38,083 bases of DNA from Bordetella parapertussis (GTDB lineage Bacteria; Pseudomonadota; Gammaproteobacteria; Burkholderiales; SG8-41). Below, piece after piece: positions 28,486 to 36,159 of this stretch. The translations under genes and the position numbers were made by a program. Position 1 is the stretch's first letter; each line of letters opens with the position of its first letter. The notes beneath the pieces are model-generated. The model saw only the letters and a program-made list of their open reading frames with translations, was not told the DNA's origin and did no database searches. The stretch spans positions 1-38,083 of the forward strand of contig CAMDDY010000002.1 in the NCBI GenBank assembly GCA_945893125.1, given 5' to 3'.

Positions 28486-29271
28486 TCACTTGCCCTGAAA
28501 TTTCGGTTTGCGTTTCTCGATAAACGCCGCCATGCCTTCTTTTTGATCCTGCGACGCAAACAGCATTTGTATCGCCTTGGTTTCGAGTACGAGGCCGGTG
28601 TCGAGCGCGCCATCGAGTCCGCGCAGCACGCATTCTTTCACTTGTTCGATGGCGAGCGGCGGCAGTTCGGCGATTTGTTGCGCCATCGCGATGGCGTGTT
28701 TTTCCACCTCGGCATCCGGCACGATTTCGCTCACCAGCCCCATCTCGGAGGCTTCTTTCGCGCTGATCAAATCCCCCGTCAGCAGATAACGCATCGCTTT
28801 ATATTTACCCACCGCGCGTGGCAGGCGCTGCGTGCCACCGCCGCCGGGGATGATGCCGATTTTGACTTCAGGCTGGCCGAAGCGCGCGCCCTCGCCCGCG
28901 ATGATGATGTCGCAGGTCATCGCCAGCTCGCAGCCGCCGCCGAGCGCGAATCCGCTCACTGCCGCGATCACCGGTTTCGGGCATGCCGAAATCGTGCGCC
29001 ACAATTTGTGCGTGCCGCGCAGCAACATTTCAATCGTGCCCGCGTTCGCCATTTCTTTGATATCCGCGCCGGCGGCAAACGCTTTGTCGTTGCCGGTCAA
29101 CACGATGCAGCGAATCGACGGATCATCGCCCATCTCGGTCAGATGTTTGGCAAGCAGCTTGCGCACTTCAAGGTTCAGCGCGTTGCGCGCGTCGGGGCGA
29201 TTGATGCGCACCAGGCCCACGCCTTCGGCGGGACGTTCGGCGAGTACTACGGGAGCTACGGCAGCAGTCAT
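28486..29271 (-). CDS. enoyl-CoA hydratase/isomerase (crotonase) family
   Basis: ATG at 29271 after AAGGAA. 261 aa with LVRINRPDARNAL, AFAAGADIKEM, GGGCELAM and QPEVKIGIIPGGGGTQRL. Confidence 0.9.
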   Translation of the reverse strand: MTAAVAPVVLAERPAEGVGLVRINRPDARNALNLEVRKLLAKHLTEMGDDPSIRCIVLTGNDKAFAAGADIKEMANAGTIEMLLRGTHKLWRTISACPKPVIAAVSGFALGGGCELAMTCDIIIAGEGARFGQPEVKIGIIPGGGGTQRLPRAVGKYKAMRYLLTGDLISAKEASEMGLVSEIVPDAEVEKHAIAMAQQIAELPPLAIEQVKECVLRGLDGALDTGLVLETKAIQMLFASQDQKEGMAAFIEKRKPKFQGK

Positions 29272-29392
29272 GAAAATTCCTTGGCAAAATGAAGTCACGG
29301 CGGGAGCGCGAAGAATACCTGTTTGACGCGCCAGCGCCAATCATGCGGGGCGTGCGAGTCGCGATTTGACCGGCTCGCCCGCGTCACATAGC

Positions 29393-30421
29393 ATGAACGG
29401 GATGAACCCTCACCCTTTGCAATGGCTGCCGTGGTTGCCATGGTTACCAAGTCGCGCTGTATTCGCCGCACTCGGCTTGGTCGCGAGTACGGCGCTGGCG
29501 CAGTCCACCGCGCCACGCGCCGACAACTATCCTGCACGGCCCATCCGCATCATCCTCGGCATTGCGCCCGGCGGCGGCACTGATATCGTCGCGCGCGCGG
29601 TCGGACAAAAGCTCACCGAGCGCTGGGGCAAGTCGGTCGTCATTGATAACCGCCCTGGCGCTTCGGGCGCCATCGCCTTTGATTTGGTGGCGCAGGCCGC
29701 GCCCGATGGCTACACCCTCTACACCGGCGCGGTCAACAACGTGGTCACCGCTTCGCTGCAGAAGCACGTGTCGTTCGATACGCGCAAGGCGTACACCCCC
29801 GTCGTGCAGATGACCGTGCAACCGTATTTGCTGATTGTGATCCCGTCGGTGCCGGCGAAAACCGTCAAGGAATTCATTGCTTACGCCAAGGCCAACCCCA
29901 ACACGCTCAACTACGCGTCATCGGGAACGGCATCGATATCCTTCGTCGGCATGGAGTTATTCAAATCCATGGCGGGCATCAACATCCAGCATATTCCGTA
30001 CAAGGGCGTTTCAGTCGGCCTGGTCGATATGATCGGCGGTCAGGTTCATTCCATGCTCGGCAGTGCGCTGACGGTGTCGTATCACGTGAAGGCGGGACGC
30101 TTGCGCCCGCTCGGCGTGTCGAGCGCAAAACGCTCGCAGGCCTGGCCCGAGGTGCCGACGATTTCCGAATCGGGCGTGCCGGGCTTTGAGGCGAGCAATT
30201 CACACAGTGTGTTTGCCCCGGCGGGAACGCCGCAGGCCGTGGTGCTGGCACTCAATACGGAGATCAATCGCATTATGCGCGTGCCGGAGATGGCCGCGAA
30301 ACTGGCCGCGGACGGCGCCGAGCCGGTGCCGCCCAACACACCTGCGGAATTCAACACGATATTTCTCGCGGAATATACGAAGTGGGAACAGTATTTCAGA
30401 CGCGCCGCAATGCAAAAGTAG
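29393..30421 (+). CDS. Bug/TctC-family periplasmic solute-binding protein
   Basis: The track start at 29366 is TTG; the first ATGs are at 29393 and 29402. Signal peptide ends ALAQS, followed by YPARPIRIILGIAPGGGTDIVAR and NRPGASG. Confidence 0.85.
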   Translation: MNGMNPHPLQWLPWLPWLPSRAVFAALGLVASTALAQSTAPRADNYPARPIRIILGIAPGGGTDIVARAVGQKLTERWGKSVVIDNRPGASGAIAFDLVAQAAPDGYTLYTGAVNNVVTASLQKHVSFDTRKAYTPVVQMTVQPYLLIVIPSVPAKTVKEFIAYAKANPNTLNYASSGTASISFVGMELFKSMAGINIQHIPYKGVSVGLVDMIGGQVHSMLGSALTVSYHVKAGRLRPLGVSSAKRSQAWPEVPTISESGVPGFEASNSHSVFAPAGTPQAVVLALNTEINRIMRVPEMAAKLAADGAEPVPPNTPAEFNTIFLAEYTKWEQYFRRAAMQK

Positions 30422-30592
30422 ACAAGCCGTATCATGGTCAAACTCGAATTTTTCGATCCCGCCGGCGCACGGCTCTTGCGTTATTGCGTCCTACGCCAGC
30501 GGCAGCGATTGTGATAGCCTCGTTTTTTCAGCATCGGCTCCATCAGGAGCGCCCATCAGCGTTGATCGTGCGATCCATCAAAGGAGTAAGTA

Positions 30593-31018
30593 ATGTCAGA
30601 ACTTAAATTCATCAAACTTGACGACGTAAAATCGCAAAATCTGCGCGGCCTGCCCGCAGAGGCCGGACACGTCAAACGCATCGTCGCCACGCCGAAGTTT
30701 TATTTCAACATCGACGAAATCGCGCCCGGGCATAGTCCGCACAGTTGGCACAAACACGATCAATACGTGCACGACGGCGTGAAGGTCGAATACCCGGCGG
30801 ATTTCGAGGAAATCTATTTTGTGCTGGGCGGCACGGGCGTGCTGCAATGGAAGACCGCATCAGGCGGCATCCAGGCGCAGCAGGTCGGCCCCGGCGATAC
30901 CATTTACATGCCGCCGGATGTGATCGAGCATCAGTTGCTCAACAACAGCGGCGAGGCCATCCGCATCGCCGTGATCGGCGTGCCGCCGCCGAAGCGAACG
31001 CCAGTCAAGGCGGCGTAG
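30593..31018 (+). CDS. cupin-domain protein
   Basis: AAGGAG RBS. 141 aa with HSWHKHD ... EIYFVLGGTG ... PPDVIEHQLLN cupin motifs. Confidence 0.8.
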   Translation: MSELKFIKLDDVKSQNLRGLPAEAGHVKRIVATPKFYFNIDEIAPGHSPHSWHKHDQYVHDGVKVEYPADFEEIYFVLGGTGVLQWKTASGGIQAQQVGPGDTIYMPPDVIEHQLLNNSGEAIRIAVIGVPPPKRTPVKAA

Positions 31019-31040
31019 CGCCCGCCGGTAAAGTAGCTGA

Positions 31041-31970
31041 TTAAACCAGCCGGAACATCAGCACACCTACGACGGTGAGCGCGATGCCCAGCAACTCCAG
31101 CGCGGTGATTTTCTCGCGAAAATAAAGCCACGAGATCGTTAGCGTGAACACCGTTTCGATCTGACCGACGGCGCGCACATACGACGCATTCTGCAAGGCA
31201 AACGCGGAATACCAGCCGATGGAGCCGAGCGCGCTGGTCAGCCCAATGAAACTGGCGATGCCGCGCGCCGGCCACATCTGCCGGAACACCGCGGGTTCCT
31301 TGTGGGCAAGCCACAGGCCAAGGCAAACGGTTTGCATGGCGGTGGCAAGCACCACCGTCCACGCCGAGCGCCACAGGAAATGATGTTGCTCGCCGAGTTC
31401 CAGCGTGGCCGCGCGCAAAAACAAATAGGAAAACGAAAACAGCAGTGCGCACGCAAAAGCGATTTGGGATGGCCGCCCCAGCAGCAGATGCGAGAGCGCC
31501 TCGCCGCGTGTTGCGAACACTGTCCCGCCCAGTTTGCCCAGCAGCATCAAAATCACGCCGCCCATCACCACCAGTATCGCCACCCAGCCCAGCGGCGTGA
31601 CGAATTCCGAGAACAGCAGCGTGCCGATCAGCGCGGTCAGTATCAGATCGGTCTTGGTGAGCATGGTGCCGACCGCGAAATTTTTGAGCTGAAACATCCG
31701 GATCAGCAGCGCGGTCGCCAGCACCTGTGTCAACGCGCCGCCCGCCGTATGCAGCACAAACGCCGGCTTGAATGCCGGCGCGCCCAGCCCGGTGTAGAGC
31801 GTGGCCGCGGCCAGAAACACCAGCAGCACGGGCAGGCCGAATAACGAGCGCACGTAGGTCGTGCCCATGGTGGACATGCGCTGGTTGAGTTGCTTCTGTG
31901 CGGCGGTGCGCACGGACTGCATGAGTGCTGCGAATACCGAAAACGGTATCCATAGCCAACTGGCCTCCAT
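31041..31970 (-). CDS. DMT-superfamily (EamA-like) transporter
   Basis: 309 aa, 10 TM-type hydrophobic segments. The alternative-frame ORF 30931..31959 is Arg/Ala-rich and is rejected. Confidence 0.8.
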   Translation of the reverse strand: MEASWLWIPFSVFAALMQSVRTAAQKQLNQRMSTMGTTYVRSLFGLPVLLVFLAAATLYTGLGAPAFKPAFVLHTAGGALTQVLATALLIRMFQLKNFAVGTMLTKTDLILTALIGTLLFSEFVTPLGWVAILVVMGGVILMLLGKLGGTVFATRGEALSHLLLGRPSQIAFACALLFSFSYLFLRAATLELGEQHHFLWRSAWTVVLATAMQTVCLGLWLAHKEPAVFRQMWPARGIASFIGLTSALGSIGWYSAFALQNASYVRAVGQIETVFTLTISWLYFREKITALELLGIALTVVGVLMFRLV

Positions 31971-31976
31971 GCCGTC

Positions 31977-32888
31977 TTAGCGGCGCGGCGCGGGTTTTTT
32001 GCGCACGGCGGTGCGTTTTTTCTTTGCAGCCGTTTTTTTCACTGCCGCCCGCTTCACTGACTTCCGCGGGGTTGCCGCAACAGGCTCCCCCGCCAACCGG
32101 CTGCGCGTGCCGCCTTCGGACATGCAGTGGCCGCCGCCCTGGAAAATATCCGCAGGCGTGTTACCCGGCAGGCCTTCGCGTTGCAGTATCTCCGCCGCGT
32201 ACGTTTCGCTGCGATCACGCGGCTGGTAACCCATGCGATAAGCGTTGACGTTATCGAACCATGCGCGCGCGTTATCTGAAATGCCGTAGACGATTTCAAA
32301 GTGCAGCTTGGGCCGCTCCAACCCGAGTGTGACCAACTGCGCCATGTCGCGCGCACTGATCCAGATCGCCAGGCGCCGACGGTCGATGGGGGCGGTGTTG
32401 ACGTTGCCGATGCGCATGCAAAACATTTCCATGCCGTAGCGGTCGGCGTACAAGCTTGATAGCGCTTCGTTAAACACCTTCGACACACCATAGCGACTAT
32501 CGGGCTTGGGATACACGCGATGATCAATGGTTTGCGTCACCGGATAAAACCCCACCGCGTGATTGGACGTTGCGACCAGAAAGCGCTTCACGCCGTTGCG
32601 TCGCGCCGCCTCCAGCGTGTTGTGAAAACCAATGATGTTGGCCTGGAGGATGTGCTCCCAATCATGCTCGCCCGATTGCCCGCCGAAATGCACCACCGCA
32701 TCCACGCCCTTGGTGATGCGCAGCGCATCTTTCAGGTTCGAGATGTCGGCGCGCATGAACGTCTCGCCTGGCTTCAAGTTTTTGACAGGCTTGATGTCAG
32801 AGAGGCGCAGTTTGTATTTGCCCGCCAGTTCCGGACGCAGAAAGGTGCCGATGCGGCCGGCGGCGCCGGTGATGAGGATGGTTTTCAT
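31977..32888 (-). CDS. NAD-dependent epimerase/dehydratase-fold enzyme, uronate-dehydrogenase-like, with 43-aa Lys/Arg/Ala-rich C-terminal tail
   Basis: ITGAAGRIG Rossmann motif, VHFGG, ILQANIIG, SSNH-like ATSNHAVGFYP, and YGVSK (Y-x3-K). By eye it aligns along its length with Agrobacterium/Pseudomonas Udh up to FQGG. The tail is TRSRLAGEPVAATPRKSVKRAAVKKTAAKKKRTAVRKKPAPRR. Confidence 0.8.
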   Translation of the reverse strand: MKTILITGAAGRIGTFLRPELAGKYKLRLSDIKPVKNLKPGETFMRADISNLKDALRITKGVDAVVHFGGQSGEHDWEHILQANIIGFHNTLEAARRNGVKRFLVATSNHAVGFYPVTQTIDHRVYPKPDSRYGVSKVFNEALSSLYADRYGMEMFCMRIGNVNTAPIDRRRLAIWISARDMAQLVTLGLERPKLHFEIVYGISDNARAWFDNVNAYRMGYQPRDRSETYAAEILQREGLPGNTPADIFQGGGHCMSEGGTRSRLAGEPVAATPRKSVKRAAVKKTAAKKKRTAVRKKPAPRR

Positions 32889-33862
32889 CGCGCCAACCCC
32901 AAATCCACCAGCACCACTTTCATATCGTTGTAGTCCTTCTCCAAATCCTTGCGGAACTGCGCGCTGGTGACAAAATCATCCGACCAGTAGTTGCGTTCGA
33001 GTTCGGTTTTCCATTCCGCGCTTTGTGAGGCCCTGCGCAGTGCGTTTTCCCAGAACGCCACCTGCGCGGCGGTGAGTCCCTTCGGCCCGACAATCGAGCG
33101 CCAGCCGCCGTAGACGAGATTGACGCCCTGCTCTTTCCAGGTCGGCACATGGGCGAGCGTGCCGGGCAGGCGCTTGTCCGCCGACACGCCGACCACGCGC
33201 AGCTTGCCGCTTTGCACGTGCCCGCTGACATTGCCTGCGGCGGTGGTCACCAGATCAATGTGTGCGCCCATCAACGCCGTCACCGCCTCGGCGGAACCTT
33301 TGAACGCGACCGGCTTCAATTCGCGCGCGTTGCCGCCGACGGCCTTCATCAGCAGGCCCGCCGCGATGTGGTTGTGGCTGCCGAGCGCGGTGGCAAAACC
33401 GAGCGCAATGGACTGCGGGTCTTTTTTCAGACGCTCGATCAGATCCTTGCCGGCCTTGAACGGCGCATTCGGATGCACCGCGAACACCACGTAGTCGTTA
33501 AACAGCGACGCAATCGGCGTGAAGTCGCTGTGGTTCATCTTGCTCGCGCCGAGGATGTGATTGAACAGCATCGCGGTGGTGCCGACCATCAGGTAATGCG
33601 CATCACCCGCGTGCCCGTTCACGTAGTTGAACGCGATGTTGCCGCCGCCACCGGGTTTGTTGACCACAGTGAGCGAGGCGGGCACGAGTTTTAATTCGTT
33701 GAGCAGCTTTTCCACCGAGCGGCCGGTTTTGTCGTTGCTGCCGCCGGGGGCGGAGGTGACCACGATCTCGACGTTTTTGCTGGGCGTCCAGCTTTGCGCG
33801 CAAGCTGTGCCGCACGCCAGCACCGCAAGGATGGTTGATTGTACGCACTTGTTTTTAAGCAT
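32885..33862 (-). CDS. Bug/TctC-family periplasmic solute-binding protein (paralog A)
   Basis: ATG at 33862 after GAGGAA. Signal peptide ends CAQS. 325 aa. Its stop overlaps the udh-like start (ATGA, 32885-32888). Confidence 0.9.
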   Translation of the reverse strand: MLKNKCVQSTILAVLACGTACAQSWTPSKNVEIVVTSAPGGSNDKTGRSVEKLLNELKLVPASLTVVNKPGGGGNIAFNYVNGHAGDAHYLMVGTTAMLFNHILGASKMNHSDFTPIASLFNDYVVFAVHPNAPFKAGKDLIERLKKDPQSIALGFATALGSHNHIAAGLLMKAVGGNARELKPVAFKGSAEAVTALMGAHIDLVTTAAGNVSGHVQSGKLRVVGVSADKRLPGTLAHVPTWKEQGVNLVYGGWRSIVGPKGLTAAQVAFWENALRRASQSAEWKTELERNYWSDDFVTSAQFRKDLEKDYNDMKVVLVDLGLAR

Positions 33863-33873
33863 AATTAATTCCT

Positions 33874-34854
33874 CTATTTCGCCAGCCCGAGATCCACCAA
33901 CACTTTCCGGATGTCCGCGTAATCCTTTTCCAGCGCCTTTTTGAGCGGCGCGCCGACGGCGAAGTCTTCCGACCAGTAATTTTTTTCCATATCGGCTTTC
34001 CAGCCGGCGTTTTGCGACACGCGTTGCATCGCGTTTTCCCAGAACGCGATCTGCGCCGCGGGCATATCCTTCGGCCCCATGATGCCGCGCCAACTGCCCG
34101 ACACCACATCCACGCCGAGTTCGCGCCAGGTCGGCACCGACGATAACGGGCCGCCGAGCCGGTTGGGCGAGGTGGCCGCGAGCACGCGCATGCGCCCGCT
34201 TTGCACGTGCGCGACCGCGTTTCCCGCGCCGATGATGACCATTTCGAGATGCCCGCCGAGCAGTGCCGGTATCGCCTCGGCCGAACCTTTGAACACCACG
34301 GTTTTGAGTTCGCGCGCGTTGCCGCCGAGCGCCTTGATCAACAGGCCCGCCGCGATGTGGCGGCTGCCGCCGAAGGTATTGGCGAATCCCGTCGCAATCG
34401 CTTGCGGCTTCGTCTTTAACTGCGTCATCAGGTCTTTGGCGGTCTTTAGCGGCGCATCCGTCCTCACCGCAAACACCACGTAATCGTTGACCAGCGTCGC
34501 AATCGGCGTGAAGTCATGGTACGAGAATTTACTCGTGCCGAGGATGTGATTACTGTTGATGTTGGAGGTGGCCACCATCACATAATGCCCGTCGCCCGGA
34601 TGTAGACTGGTGTACGCCATCGCGATACCGCCGCCACCGCCGGGCTTGCCGGCGATCGAAGTCGATGTCGGCACCAGCTTCATGTCATTTAATGCTTTTT
34701 CGATTTGGCGGCCGGTGTTGTCGTTGCTGCCGCCGGGCACCGAACTGACGATGATCTCGACGTTTTTGCTGGGTGCCCAGGATTGGGCAACTGCTAGTGA
34801 CCCTTGCCAAAGACTCAATAGCAGAAATATCTGTAAGTATTTGTTTTTAAACAT
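33874..34854 (-). CDS. Bug/TctC-family periplasmic solute-binding protein (paralog B)
   Basis: ATG at 34854 after AGGAGG. 326 aa, colinear and clearly similar to paralog A (QSW-PSKNVEI, PGGSND, DYVVFAV, FKGSAEA, VPTW, FWENA, VLVDLGLA). Confidence 0.9.
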   Translation of the reverse strand: MFKNKYLQIFLLLSLWQGSLAVAQSWAPSKNVEIIVSSVPGGSNDNTGRQIEKALNDMKLVPTSTSIAGKPGGGGGIAMAYTSLHPGDGHYVMVATSNINSNHILGTSKFSYHDFTPIATLVNDYVVFAVRTDAPLKTAKDLMTQLKTKPQAIATGFANTFGGSRHIAAGLLIKALGGNARELKTVVFKGSAEAIPALLGGHLEMVIIGAGNAVAHVQSGRMRVLAATSPNRLGGPLSSVPTWRELGVDVVSGSWRGIMGPKDMPAAQIAFWENAMQRVSQNAGWKADMEKNYWSEDFAVGAPLKKALEKDYADIRKVLVDLGLAK

Positions 34855-34876
34855 ATATGCCTCCTGGCGAGCAGCC

Positions 34877-34947
34877 GTAGGATGGGTGAAACCCATCACA
34901 GCGCTAGGTGGCGCACCGGTGTTTGTGATGGGTTTCACCCATCCCAC
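34877..34947. repeat. REPIN-like palindrome (GTAGGATGGGTGAAACCCATCACA ... TGTGATGGGTTTCACCCATCCCAC)
   Basis: 24-nt arms (34877-34900 and 34924-34947) with one mismatch and a 23-nt centre. The left unit starts with GTAG. The right arm contains the last codons and stop codon of the acyl-CoA dehydrogenase gene. Confidence 0.85.
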
Positions 34948-36038
34948 GCCGAACTCAACGTCTGCCAATAAGCATCTGCGTTGCCTGCAAGCATCGCACG
35001 CCCCAACGCCATTGACCAGTACACCTCGCTACCAAACTCCTCGCGCCACGCCAAGGCGCGCAAGGTCACATGATGCAGCGCGTATTCGTCGGTGACGCCA
35101 ATCGCGCCATGCACCTGATGCGTGATCGCCACCGCCTCGCGCGCCGCATCTGCGGTGCGGATTTTTGCGGCGGCCACCGCCAGCAAGGCTTGTTGCGCGG
35201 CCCCGGCACTGTGGTTATGCGCCAGCCGTTCCACCACGCCCGCCGCGGAAAGTGAAGCCGCCACCGCCGCCGCGACTTCGCCGCCACAGCGCGCGAGTTC
35301 CTGTTGTATCGCCTGAAACTGCGCGATTTTGCGGCCAAACTGCGTGCGCTGTCGGGCGTACTCGCACGCCAGATCAAGCGCATGTTCCAACGCACCGCCA
35401 ATCTGCACCGCGCGCAGCAGCGCGCCGCGGGCGTGCAGGCTCGCGCGCATGATGCCCGTTCCGACGGGAGCGGCGGTGAGTGCGGTCACGTTGTCGAGCG
35501 TCACGCCGTCACGCGGCTCGCTCGCCAAATTGCGTCCGGGCGTGATGCGGCAATCCGCGGGATTCACCGCGATTACCATCAAACCGTTTTGCGTATTCGC
35601 CAGCAGCACCAGTTGTTCTGCAATGCGCGCATACGGCACGCGCTTTAATTCACCGGAGACACGCCACGCCGCACCATCTTTGGTTGCGGTGAGTTTTTCA
35701 TCGAGCACCGGGCCGATAGTCAGCGGCCCGTGCGGCACTTGCAAGCCGGCACCCGCCAGCAGCCAACCCGCGAGCGCGGTTTCAGCGAGCGGCGCCGGCG
35801 CCGCGTGCCGTGCAGCGATGCGCAGCACCGCCGCCACATCCGACAGTGAACCACCCGCGCCACCGGCCTCATCCGGCACACCCACCAAAGGCAACTCGGC
35901 TTTTTCAAGTTCAGCCCACAACGCCGCCGACCAGCCATCGTGCTTGGCGGCGGCGAGCATTTTTGGTGTGACGTGATCGGCAAACAAACGCGTTGCCGCG
36001 TCGGTAAGCATGCGGCGGGTTTCGCTGGTATCGGTCAC
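34935..36038 (-). CDS. acyl-CoA dehydrogenase family protein (downstream member of tandem pair)
   Basis: C-terminal ACAD helical domain (EYARQRTQFGRKIAQFQAIQ, HGAIGVTDEY, REEFGSEV). Start is uncertain: GTG at 36038 gives VTDTSETRRMLTDAATRLF, an ACAD-like N-terminus. The alternative is ATG at 36011. The track TTG at 36086 lies inside a repeat. Confidence 0.8.
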   Translation of the reverse strand: MTDTSETRRMLTDAATRLFADHVTPKMLAAAKHDGWSAALWAELEKAELPLVGVPDEAGGAGGSLSDVAAVLRIAARHAAPAPLAETALAGWLLAGAGLQVPHGPLTIGPVLDEKLTATKDGAAWRVSGELKRVPYARIAEQLVLLANTQNGLMVIAVNPADCRITPGRNLASEPRDGVTLDNVTALTAAPVGTGIMRASLHARGALLRAVQIGGALEHALDLACEYARQRTQFGRKIAQFQAIQQELARCGGEVAAAVAASLSAAGVVERLAHNHSAGAAQQALLAVAAAKIRTADAAREAVAITHQVHGAIGVTDEYALHHVTLRALAWREEFGSEVYWSMALGRAMLAGNADAYWQTLSSAWDG

Positions 36039-36053
36039 TGCCGTACCCCCGCC

Positions 36054-36142
36054 GCAAAGGCGCAAAGACGCAAAGAACCGCCGCAAAGAAAATCCAGGTC
36101 AAAGGTTTTCTTTGCGTTTCCTTTGCGTCTTTGCGCCTTTGC
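36054..36142. repeat. palindromic element with GCAAAG-unit arms
   Basis: Left arm GCAAAGGCGCAAAGACGCAAAGaaccgccGCAAAGAAAA (36054-36092) and right arm TTTTCTTTGCgtttcCTTTGCGTCTTTGCGCCTTTGC (36106-36142). It lies between the two ACAD cistrons. Confidence 0.85.
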
Positions 36143-36159
36143 CGTGAACTGGTCGATTT

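Noticed and set aside
30464-30479. Sigma-54-like GG...GC element (GGCGCACGGCTCTTGC) upstream of the cupin gene
   Set aside because: The spacing between the GG and GC dinucleotides is 12 rather than the required 10, and the flanks do not match TGGCAC-N5-TTGC.
30382-30606. 74-aa ORF spanning the 170-bp TctC-cupin spacer
   Set aside because: It overlaps the end of the Bug gene, is Arg-rich, has no RBS and no recognisable motif. Probably non-coding spacer.
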